Below, one piece after another: positions 50,070 through 58,307 of a stretch of 64,000 nt of DNA. Numbering within the stretch: position 1 is the stretch's first letter; each line of letters opens with the position of its first letter. Location: positions 628-64,627 of the forward strand of contig CAWJME010000004.1 of NCBI GenBank assembly GCA_963843895.1, written 5' to 3'. The notes below the pieces were generated by a model. The model saw nothing but the letters and a program-made list of their open reading frames with translations. It made no database searches and had not been told where the DNA came from. Position numbers and translations under genes: made by a program. This DNA comes from an uncultured Actinomycetota bacterium (lineage in GTDB: Bacteria > Actinomycetota > Actinomycetes > Actinomycetales > Dermatophilaceae).

Positions 50070-51953
50070 TCACACGACGACGCGCTCCCGCTCCGGTGCC
50101 GGCTCGACCTCGTCGGCCCACGCACCCGCCCGCGCCGCGGCGCGGCGCCGACGGACACCGACGGCCAGGGCCACGAGGGCGAGCCCGAGGAGGGCGGCGG
50201 AGAGTCCCTGCAGCAGCCCGCCGACGGGGGTGCGTGAGACCACCGTCGCCGGACGGGGGGCCGCGCCGCCCACCACCCAGGTGACCGACGACACGGCGTC
50301 GGGCAGACCGGGACGGACGACGACGACCCGCAGCGGGGTGGGTCCGGGGGTCTCGACGGTGAGCGGCACGCTCCAGCCCTCACCGGGCAGTCGCTGCCCG
50401 TCGCTCACCGTCACCGCGCCGCGGGCGTCGACCCGCTCCACCCGCACCGCGACCGGCCGCGGCGGCGCGGGACGGCGGCTGTCGAGCACGTCGACGACCG
50501 CGATGTTGACGCCGGGACGGTTCGGCTGCACCACGGTGTGCTCCGCGAGGTCGGCCGCGGTCGCGTCGACGGCGACGGACGGCGTGACGTCCCCGGCACT
50601 CGACAGCTCCGGCGCCGTCGCCGGCTGACCGCTCGACAGCAGGGCCGACATCGCCAGCGCCGCGACGAGCAGGCCGGACTCGGCAGCCACCGACCGCGGC
50701 GGACGAACCGCCGTCTCGGCCCGGGCCCAGCGGACGTGGCGCAGACCCAGGAGGGCGGCCACCGCGACCAGGGCCACCTTGAGGAGGAGGGTCCGCCCGT
50801 AGGTGGTGAGCAGGACGGCGTCGACCGAGGCCACGGCGGAGCTCGCGAGGAAGACCCCGGTCGTCGCCATGACGGCCACGGCGACGGCGGCCGGGCGGGC
50901 GAAGGACCGGATGACGGCACGGACCGCGGCGCGCGACACCTGTCCTCGGCGGGCGCCGGACGCGAGGACCACGGCCATCGCGACGCCGCCGAGCCAGGTG
51001 GTGGTCGCGAGCACGTGGAGGACGTCGGCGGCCAGCCGCACCGGCCCCACGGGGCTCACGGCGGCGTGCCCGAGGAGCGCCGTGCCGGTCCCCGCGGCGA
51101 CCGCACCGACGAGGACCAGGGGCCGTGACACCCGCCACCCCGCGCGGGCCAGGCCGAGGGCGACGGCGGCGAGGCCGACGGCACGCAGCCCCACCCGCAG
51201 GGCGTACCACCCGGTGAGCACCGTGCCGAGTGGCACGTCCGACCCGAGGGCCTGGACGAGGGGCAGGGCGACGCAGGCGAGCGTGGCGAGCACGACGACC
51301 GTGAGCACGGGACGGCGGGAGCGGGCGAGGACCGCGGTCGCGCCGGGTGACCCGGCCGCGAGCCGCACGACCAGCGCGTGACCGAGCCCGCCGGCGACGC
51401 CGAGCAGCGCGAGCCAGCGCAGGAAGGCCTGGTCGAGGGCGGCCGGCGCCTCGGTCCGTCCGGCGGGGGCGACCTGCTGTCCCACCCCGAACACGACGAC
51501 GGCCGTCGTCCGGTGCATGTCGTCGGCCGACAGGGTGTCGACGGTGAGCCGGTAGCTGCCGACGGGGAGGGTGCCGAGCACGGGGACGACGAGCGAGACC
51601 GGCGGCTCCTCCTCGACGACCGGGGCCGGGACGAGGCTCGGGGCGGTGGCCGGCTCCGGAGCGGGATCGGTGAGCTGCGCGGGTGCGTCCTCGGCCCGCG
51701 GGGCTCCGAGCGCCACCGGGGTGCCGTCGTGCCCGACGAGGACGACGTGGGTCGCGGGGAGGACGACGGCCTCGCTGAGCCGGAGGTGCAGCTCGTGCGG
51801 CGCCGAGGCGAGGACGCTGCCGTCGGCCGGGTCGCTCGAGACGAGGAAGGCGTGGGCCCGGGCCGCCCCGGCCGCGAGGACCGGGGCCGCGAGGACGAGC
51901 AGGGCCACCGCGCAGACCCGGAGGGCCCGGGCAGCGGGGGCGTGGCTCGTCAC
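50070..51953 (-). CDS. CopC-CopD fusion protein (YcnJ-like) with an extra C-terminal extracytoplasmic domain and terminal TM helix
   Basis: Track ORF. A signal peptide ends ...ARA, followed by HAFLVSSDPADGSVL (CopC N-terminal His motif). Then about 8 TM helices of CopD type, a soluble beta-rich segment and a final TM. The GTG start overlaps the upstream stop (GTGA). Confidence 0.8.
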   Translation of the reverse strand: MTSHAPAARALRVCAVALLVLAAPVLAAGAARAHAFLVSSDPADGSVLASAPHELHLRLSEAVVLPATHVVLVGHDGTPVALGAPRAEDAPAQLTDPAPEPATAPSLVPAPVVEEEPPVSLVVPVLGTLPVGSYRLTVDTLSADDMHRTTAVVVFGVGQQVAPAGRTEAPAALDQAFLRWLALLGVAGGLGHALVVRLAAGSPGATAVLARSRRPVLTVVVLATLACVALPLVQALGSDVPLGTVLTGWYALRVGLRAVGLAAVALGLARAGWRVSRPLVLVGAVAAGTGTALLGHAAVSPVGPVRLAADVLHVLATTTWLGGVAMAVVLASGARRGQVSRAAVRAVIRSFARPAAVAVAVMATTGVFLASSAVASVDAVLLTTYGRTLLLKVALVAVAALLGLRHVRWARAETAVRPPRSVAAESGLLVAALAMSALLSSGQPATAPELSSAGDVTPSVAVDATAADLAEHTVVQPNRPGVNIAVVDVLDSRRPAPPRPVAVRVERVDARGAVTVSDGQRLPGEGWSVPLTVETPGPTPLRVVVVRPGLPDAVSSVTWVVGGAAPRPATVVSRTPVGGLLQGLSAALLGLALVALAVGVRRRRAAARAGAWADEVEPAPERERVVV

Positions 51954-52507
51954 AGGACCGGGATGTGCGCCAGGGTCTGCCCCCCGTAGGACAGTGACGC
52001 GAACTCGTCCGCCTGGACCACTCCGCCGTTGCGGTAGACGAAGTAGTACGTCTGGCCCGCCGTCATCGTGTGCCCCTTCTTCATGAGCGCGACCGTGTTC
52101 GTCCGGGCGTCCCGCACCTCACTGCTCAGCACCGGGGGGTGCGTCGTGTCGGACTGGAAGGTCGTCGCGCGGGCGGGGTCGAGGCACAGGTAGTTCACCT
52201 GCACCAGGCCGCCGTCGCCGACGAGCGCGACGCGGGTGATCCGGATGCCGAGCTGGCTCTCCATGACGGCGTTGGTCGGCATCGGCGCGCCCGCGCTGGA
52301 CGGGTGCCGGGTGGCGAGGGCGACCGCGCCGGCGACGGCCAGCGCGAGGACGACCACGGCGACGACGATCCGTCGCCCGAGCGAGGGCGTCCGCCCAGGC
52401 ACCGGCCGGGCGTGCGTCGTGCCCCCGGCCCCTCCCGGCGGGAGGTCGGAGCCTCCCGCCGGAGCGGTCGATGCGCGGGTCGTCAGCGTGCTGCTCACCG
52501 GAGCCAC
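51950..52507 (-). CDS. membrane-anchored hypothetical protein (cytoplasmic tail, one TM, about 115-aa extracytoplasmic domain)
   Basis: Track ORF. GTG 52507 lies 1 nt after the upstream stop. TM helix IVVAVVVLALAVAGAVALA. Met/His patch ALMKKGHTM. No family recognised. Confidence 0.55.
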   Translation of the reverse strand: MAPVSSTLTTRASTAPAGGSDLPPGGAGGTTHARPVPGRTPSLGRRIVVAVVVLALAVAGAVALATRHPSSAGAPMPTNAVMESQLGIRITRVALVGDGGLVQVNYLCLDPARATTFQSDTTHPPVLSSEVRDARTNTVALMKKGHTMTAGQTYYFVYRNGGVVQADEFASLSYGGQTLAHIPVL

Positions 52508-52508
52508 C

Positions 52509-55500
52509 TCACCAGCGCTGGAGCTGGTCGAGGGACACGTACCCGGTGGGTCGGACGGCCGTGGACTGGTCGACCAGCCCCACCCGGATGCTCGTCGTGC
52601 CGGCGGCTGGTGTGCCGTTGCCGAGCTGCTGGACCCCGAGCAGGTTGCCGGTGGAGCCGTACACCGCCAGGGTCAGCTGCCCGGCTGTGCTGTCCATCGT
52701 CACCCGCACGGTGACGATGGCGGTGTTCCCGATGGTGATCGGGGTTCCCGTCGGGGTGGTCTGGCCCGCGAGCACCGGGGTGAGGGCCAGGCCCGCACCG
52801 CTGCCCGTCGCGACGACCGAGAACCGCGCCGTCGTGCCGGCGTAGCCCTGGTAGATCGTCACCCGCGTGCCGGTGGGTACGGCCAGGGAGTCACCACGCA
52901 GGGCGAACTGGGCGTTGGCCACCACGGTGGCCGGCGAGGCCGTCGGGCTGGTGAGGTACGCCGGGTTGGTGCCCCCGGTGGCCCGCACGTAGCCGGTGCC
53001 GACCATCCGAGGCTGCGTCGTCGACCGGGCGATGCCGTTGCCGCTCGTCTTGGCCCAGCCGGTCGGCGGGAAGGTGTTCCCGTCGAAGGTCTGGGTGTCG
53101 ACGGGCGTCGCGCTCACCGTCGCGGTGCCCGAGGCGGCCACGCTCCAGTTGCCGGCCTTGTCCTGCAGCCGCAGGTTGACCGTCGTCGAGCCGAGCAGGA
53201 GCTGGGCCCTGGGGATGGTGAACGTCGCCTGCGTCCCGGTGTAGGACACCGTGACCTTGGTGGCCCGCCCGACGCCCGGGTCGACGCTGCCGAACCACAC
53301 CTCCCCGCCGGTGATGTCGCTGGTCTGGGTGCCGCTGAGGGCCGCCGTGACCGTCACGGTGGCCGGGGACGACCCGGCGGTCGGCGTGACCGTGAGCGAG
53401 GAGATCACCGGCTTGACGGTGTCGACGACGAACGTGGCCAGGGTCGTCGCGCCCCAGTTGCCGGCCGCGTCCTGGCCGTAGACGTAGAGCTGGTGATCAC
53501 CCTGGGTCGAGGCCCAGGTCTTGACCTGGGAGAGGGGGACGAGTCCGTAGACGTTCTCGGTGCTCGAGTCGAAGGCCCCGTCGGTCGCCTGCAGCGTCAT
53601 GCCCTTGTGGGTGGCGGTCGGTGCGGCCGGGTCGTCGAAGAAGGCGACGGCCTGGACGATCCGGCTCGAGACGGTGCTGTTGTTCTGGCTGTCCTGGACG
53701 ATCGCGGTGACCTTGGCGAAGCCGGGGTTCGACGGGTCGCTGATGGCGCCGTTGAGGGCACTCGGGCTCATCGCCGAGGCGATGGTCACGGGGCCGACGA
53801 GGTCGACCGTGAACGGCACGTCGAGCAGGGGACCCCACAGGCCCTGGGTGTCCTTGCTGTGGACGAACACGTGGTGGTTGCCCTCGGCGAGCCCGGCGGC
53901 CGGCGGGATGGTCGCCGTCTCGGACGTGACGGTGCGTCCGGCCACGAAGGCGACCGGGGTGCCGGTGCCGTTCGTCGGGTCGGTGACGAAGGTCCCGTCC
54001 GGTTTGGTCGCCGGGTCGAGGAAGTACTCCGCACCGGTGATCTGCCCGCCGAACCCGCTGTCGTTGCCGGTGGCGGTGAGCTTCATCGACGTCGAGGCGT
54101 TGACCGGGTTGGGGGTGATGGCGCCGCTCGTGGTCAGCGGTCCCCGCTTCGGCACGTTGACGGCCACCGAGCCGAGCGTGCCCCACTTGTTGGCGTGGTC
54201 GCGTGCGCGGACGTAGATGACGTGGCGGCCGGCGGCGAAGCTCGGGTCGGCGAGCACCGAGGCCGGGATGGTCGCCGTGGCTCCGGTGACCGTCACGGCG
54301 CCGAAGCCGCCCGTCATCGCGATGCCGTTGCCGGGACCGATCGTCGTCGCGTCGTCGATGACGACCTCTGCGGCGTCGACGGTGCTGCCGCCGGTCGTGG
54401 CGTCGCTGAGGTCGGCCGTCACCGTCATCGGCGTCGTCGCGTCGGACGGGTTCGGATCCGCCGTCACGTGCGTCACGGCCGGACCGACGGTGTCGCCGAG
54501 GACCGGGGGCGCGTTGGTGTCGAGGAAGGTGAGCATGCCGCCGAACGCCGTCTGCGTCGGGTCGGCCGTGGTCATCGCGTTGTTGTCCAGGTGCGTCCCG
54601 GACTCGACGAGCGCGAGCTTGGCGTCGGCGCCGGTCGGGACCGTCACGATGGTGTCGGCCGTCTCACCGGGGGTGAGCGGCTCGACGACCTCGCCCACGG
54701 GGTAGGTGAGTGGGTGGCCGTCTCGGGCGACGGCGACCTGGTCCGAGCCGAGGACGCTCATCGCGTGCGGCAGCGCGCCGAGGTCGGCGTAGCGCAGCAG
54801 CAGGCGGTGGCCCTGGTCGGTGGGGATGACGTCGGTCTCGGGGAACGCCTTGCCGTTGACCAGCCGGTACCGGGGGTTGAAGCCCCGCATGTCGAAGCCC
54901 GTGGGGTCGGCGTTGAGGGCGGGGTCGATCTCGCCGAGGGCCACGACCGACTCGTCCACGAACGCCGATGCCGGGGTGCCGTAGGCGGTCGTCCCGTCCG
55001 CCGGACGCACGATGAGCACGCCGGCGAGGCCCATGGCGACCTGCCGAGCGCCGTCGGCGGTGTGCCCGGCCTCGTAGACGAAGGTGCCGGGGCGGGAGGC
55101 GTGCAGCGTGAAGGTACCGGTCTGTCCGGCGTCGATGCCGGTCGTTGCCGTGGAGGCGTCGAAGCCATGCGTGAGGTCGGCGGCGGGGATGCCGGGAACG
55201 GCGAGCGACAGGGGTGCCGCGAGCTCGTTGTGCACGATGAGGTCCACCGTCGAGCCCTGGTCGACCACGAGGAGGGGGCCGGGCAGCGTCGGGTTGCCGG
55301 TCGGCGCACCGGACCAGCCCCAGATGGGGATCTTCCGGGTGACGACGGTCACCGTCCCGGCGCGTGCGTAGAGGTCACAGGTGGCGGTCGTCCCGGTGGT
55401 CGAGCACCCCTGGGCGCCGAGGTGTCCGCTGCCCGCAGCCGCGAGGGCCGGCGCGGCGGCGCCCGCGGCGGCCGTCGTCGTGCGGGCGAGGTGCCCGGTG

Positions 55501-55610
55501 AGGGTCGCCGCGGCGGCGGGTGAGGTCGAGGCCAGCCCGGCGGCGAGCAGCACCGCCGTCGCCAGTGCCGCCACTCGGGAGGCACCCATGGCTCGTGTTC
55601 GCGTGGTCAT
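52509..55610 (-). CDS. secreted multicopper-oxidase-like protein lacking copper ligands, followed by tandem Ig-like modules and a C-terminal beta-rich domain (1,033 aa)
   Basis: ATG 55610 in track ORF 52509..55895. Signal peptide. The two cupredoxin-like domains are clearly paralogous to the 55631..56974 product (LPGPLLVVDQGSTVDLIVHNEL, GLAGVLIVRPA, PRYRLVNGKAF, FGGMLTF). Confidence 0.75.
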   Translation of the reverse strand: MTTRTRAMGASRVAALATAVLLAAGLASTSPAAAATLTGHLARTTTAAAGAAAPALAAAGSGHLGAQGCSTTGTTATCDLYARAGTVTVVTRKIPIWGWSGAPTGNPTLPGPLLVVDQGSTVDLIVHNELAAPLSLAVPGIPAADLTHGFDASTATTGIDAGQTGTFTLHASRPGTFVYEAGHTADGARQVAMGLAGVLIVRPADGTTAYGTPASAFVDESVVALGEIDPALNADPTGFDMRGFNPRYRLVNGKAFPETDVIPTDQGHRLLLRYADLGALPHAMSVLGSDQVAVARDGHPLTYPVGEVVEPLTPGETADTIVTVPTGADAKLALVESGTHLDNNAMTTADPTQTAFGGMLTFLDTNAPPVLGDTVGPAVTHVTADPNPSDATTPMTVTADLSDATTGGSTVDAAEVVIDDATTIGPGNGIAMTGGFGAVTVTGATATIPASVLADPSFAAGRHVIYVRARDHANKWGTLGSVAVNVPKRGPLTTSGAITPNPVNASTSMKLTATGNDSGFGGQITGAEYFLDPATKPDGTFVTDPTNGTGTPVAFVAGRTVTSETATIPPAAGLAEGNHHVFVHSKDTQGLWGPLLDVPFTVDLVGPVTIASAMSPSALNGAISDPSNPGFAKVTAIVQDSQNNSTVSSRIVQAVAFFDDPAAPTATHKGMTLQATDGAFDSSTENVYGLVPLSQVKTWASTQGDHQLYVYGQDAAGNWGATTLATFVVDTVKPVISSLTVTPTAGSSPATVTVTAALSGTQTSDITGGEVWFGSVDPGVGRATKVTVSYTGTQATFTIPRAQLLLGSTTVNLRLQDKAGNWSVAASGTATVSATPVDTQTFDGNTFPPTGWAKTSGNGIARSTTQPRMVGTGYVRATGGTNPAYLTSPTASPATVVANAQFALRGDSLAVPTGTRVTIYQGYAGTTARFSVVATGSGAGLALTPVLAGQTTPTGTPITIGNTAIVTVRVTMDSTAGQLTLAVYGSTGNLLGVQQLGNGTPAAGTTSIRVGLVDQSTAVRPTGYVSLDQLQRW

Positions 55611-55630
55611 CGTCAGTCGTCCCCTCGGGC

Positions 55631-56974
55631 TCACGTGCAGCCACCCGGAGGGTCGATGCGGTACACCGTCATCATCCCGCCGAAGGTTGCGCCGTAGTTG
55701 GTGGCCTGCTGCAGTGCGTGGCTGTGGGCGATGTGGTAGTACTCGCCGCACTGGTTGTTGTCGGTGATGTAGGTGGGCACGTTGCCCTTGACCCCGAGGT
55801 AGGGGCTCTCGCTGAACCAGGTGTCGGTGCCGACGAGGAGCTGGTCGGTGATGGCCGGCAGCCGGGTCGGGATCTGGTTCGTGGTGGGGTTCCACTGGTC
55901 CACGTCGGTCCAGACCATGGTCGCGTCGAGGCTCTGGCCGGGCTGCACGTCGAGGTCGAACTTGTTGTAGGACAGGTCCTCACCGTTCCCACCGCGCGTC
56001 GGGTGGCCGTCGATGTTGACGATGCGCTCGTCGCTGCCGTGCGGGTGGAACGGGTAGTTCTCCGTCCCGGCGTTGAGGTAGCGGATCAGCGCGGGCCGAG
56101 GGGTGTCCGCCGGGGACGGCTGGATGTGCACCAGCGCCCCGTAGGGCTGGGCCGGCAGCCACGACGCGTGGTTGGGAGCCAGCGTGTCCGGCATGCTCCG
56201 GCCGTTCATCATGAAGTACCGCGGCTTGTACGAGGCCCAGTCGGGGGTCTCGCCGCGCTCCACCGCGAGGTGGATGTCGGGGTCGATCTCGGAGAGCACG
56301 AAGAGGTACTCGTGGTTCGTGTCGAAGGTCGTCCCGCTGTCGGTCACCTGGTCGGCGTGACCCGCCGGGCGGACCACGAGCGCCCCGAACAGACCCATCT
56401 GGGTCTGCTTGTTGACGTCGGTGCCGGAGGAGTAGAGGTAGGTGCCGGGCGCGCCGGCCGTGAAGGTGTAGGTCATCGACCCGTTCGTCGCCTCGGCGGG
56501 CTGGACGAGCGAGGTCAGCGTGCCGGTGGAGGAGAACTGGGGCTGCGCGGGGTTGCCCGCGGCCTTCACCCCCGTCTGGCCGTGGAAGACGATGGACACC
56601 GGCTCGGTCAGCGTGTTGTGCAGGATCACCGTCACCGCCTCGCCGGAGTTCACGCACAGTGTCGGGCCGGGCAGCTGGAAGCCGTGTCCCGCCCCCTCGT
56701 TCGCGAAGCCCCACGAATAGATCGAGTTGCCGTCCGGGGTCGAGATGTCCCCCGTCCTGGTGCCGAGCGTGAACGTGTTGTTCGTCGCGGTGTCGCAGGC
56801 GATGCCCTCGGCGGGGTAGTCGCCGGCGTGGGCCGCGGTCTGCGCGGTCACGGCGACCCCGAGCGCGAGCACCGCGGCGGCGCCGCCGGCGAGGAGCCGC
56901 CGGCCGGTCCGGGTGCGGGGGGCCCGCGGGAGCCGCCGGGACTCCCCGGGCGGGGTGGCAGAGTGCCTTCTCAT
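55631..56974 (-). CDS. Tat-signal two-domain multicopper oxidase family protein; His ligands only in the C-terminal domain (HPH and HSH), no type-1 Cys
   Basis: Track ORF, 447 aa. RRLLAGGAAA twin-arginine motif. FHPHG (His310/312) and HIAHSH (His414/417/419). The N-terminal domain has VSIVFHGQTG in place of HWHG. Confidence 0.8.
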   Translation of the reverse strand: MRRHSATPPGESRRLPRAPRTRTGRRLLAGGAAAVLALGVAVTAQTAAHAGDYPAEGIACDTATNNTFTLGTRTGDISTPDGNSIYSWGFANEGAGHGFQLPGPTLCVNSGEAVTVILHNTLTEPVSIVFHGQTGVKAAGNPAQPQFSSTGTLTSLVQPAEATNGSMTYTFTAGAPGTYLYSSGTDVNKQTQMGLFGALVVRPAGHADQVTDSGTTFDTNHEYLFVLSEIDPDIHLAVERGETPDWASYKPRYFMMNGRSMPDTLAPNHASWLPAQPYGALVHIQPSPADTPRPALIRYLNAGTENYPFHPHGSDERIVNIDGHPTRGGNGEDLSYNKFDLDVQPGQSLDATMVWTDVDQWNPTTNQIPTRLPAITDQLLVGTDTWFSESPYLGVKGNVPTYITDNNQCGEYYHIAHSHALQQATNYGATFGGMMTVYRIDPPGGCT

Positions 56975-56990
56975 CGTCGTGTCTCCCCAC

Positions 56991-58307
56991 TCACAGGTTC
57001 GGTTGGGACTGGGCAGGGAGGGTGCCCGGCGGGACGACGCTGATCTTCGTCATCATCCCGCCGTAGCCGGTGCCTCCGCCGTTGTTGAGGAAGCTGTACC
57101 GGCGGTCGTAGAACAGGTACTCGCCGACCGCCGGAGCGGTGAAGATGACGTCCCGGCTCTCACCCGGGCCGATGTCCACCGTGTTCGTCGTGAGGTAGTT
57201 CGACACCGCTCCGTTGCGCAGCAGGCTCGCGTCCTCGGCGACGACGGTGAGGTCGATGTCGTCGCAGGTGAGCGAGTGGTCCTGGAAGCCCAGGCTCGCC
57301 AGGCGCACGAGCACCTTCTCGCCGGGCATGCACGTGATGTGCGACGAGTTCGGCTGGTACTGCAGGCGGCCGCTCACCGTGTCGAGGTCGGGACGGTACT
57401 GCAGACCGCCGTCGGCGCGGGTCACCGAGCTCGCACCGTTCGGGGCGTAGGTGTCGGGGTAGGCGCGGCCGTTCATCAGCCAGAACGAGGCGTCGAAGTC
57501 GGTCCAGTCACTGACCTGGATGTGTGCGTCGCGGTAGTGGGCCGCCGACCACAGCTCGGTGACGATGATGCCGAACTCGCGGTCGTAGCGGGTCGACCCG
57601 TCGCCGTCGTTGTAGGCGTACGTCGTCCCGACGGGGTCGGTGCCGACCGGGTGGGCGTTCTGCCTCGGTCGCACCCACACCATTCCCGACATGCCCATCT
57701 GCACGTGCTCGACGTCCTCGAAGTGGCAGTGGTACATGTACGTCCCGGCGTCGTGCGGCTTGTAGAAGTAGTCGAACCGGCGGCCCACGGGCACCGAGAG
57801 CGACAGCTCGGGGACGCCGTCGAAGAGGGGGATGGCGTTCTGGAAGCCGTGCCAGTGCATGGTGTGGCCGTCGAAGAGGTCGGGCCGCTGCGAGAGGCCG
57901 AGGTTGTACAGGCTCAGCGTGATCTCGTCCTCCTCGTCGAAGACGAGGATCGGGGCCGAGATCTGGGCCTTGCCGCGCTGGGCGGCCAGGTCCGCGTCGC
58001 TGAGGCCGGAGACGTCCCGGAACCCGAACACGTAGGTGTTGAAACCGGGCGGGGCGAGGGGGTCGGGGAAGAAGGGCGGGTCGGCCGGCGCCGTGTCCGG
58101 CATCGAGACCCAGCCGTCCGTGCCGGCGAGGGCGAGGGACTTCGTCGGCCCGGTCCCGACCTTCGCCGCCTGCACGACGGCACCGCGAGCGGTCTGCGGG
58201 GCCACGACCCGGGCGGCCGCGACGAGGCCTCCGGCTCCGAGGGCACCCAGCAGGACGCGACGACGGTCCACGGTGAATGTGCTCATGGTGTGCTCCTGCT
58301 GCGTCAT
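56991..58307 (-). CDS. Tat-signal two-domain multicopper oxidase family protein; type-1 site and half of the trinuclear-cluster ligands in the N-terminal domain only
   Basis: ATG 58307 overlaps the upstream stop (ATGA). An alternative ATG at 58286 is preceded by CAGGAG. DRRRVLLGALGAGG Tat motif. GHTMHWHG and YHCHFEDVEHVQMGM. Lies in track ORF 56991..59096. Confidence 0.8.
   Translation of the reverse strand: MTQQEHTMSTFTVDRRRVLLGALGAGGLVAAARVVAPQTARGAVVQAAKVGTGPTKSLALAGTDGWVSMPDTAPADPPFFPDPLAPPGFNTYVFGFRDVSGLSDADLAAQRGKAQISAPILVFDEEDEITLSLYNLGLSQRPDLFDGHTMHWHGFQNAIPLFDGVPELSLSVPVGRRFDYFYKPHDAGTYMYHCHFEDVEHVQMGMSGMVWVRPRQNAHPVGTDPVGTTYAYNDGDGSTRYDREFGIIVTELWSAAHYRDAHIQVSDWTDFDASFWLMNGRAYPDTYAPNGASSVTRADGGLQYRPDLDTVSGRLQYQPNSSHITCMPGEKVLVRLASLGFQDHSLTCDDIDLTVVAEDASLLRNGAVSNYLTTNTVDIGPGESRDVIFTAPAVGEYLFYDRRYSFLNNGGGTGYGGMMTKISVVPPGTLPAQSQPNL

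Noticed and set aside
55631-58307. The two ligand-bearing cupredoxin proteins as an ordinary CueO/laccase or as copper nitrite reductase NirK
   Set aside because: CueO-type enzymes are single three-domain chains with all four motifs and a Met-rich segment. NirK has an H-C (not H-C-H) motif and a three-His type-2 site. Here there is HxxHxH plus HCH in one protein and HPH plus HSH in the other, which fits neither.
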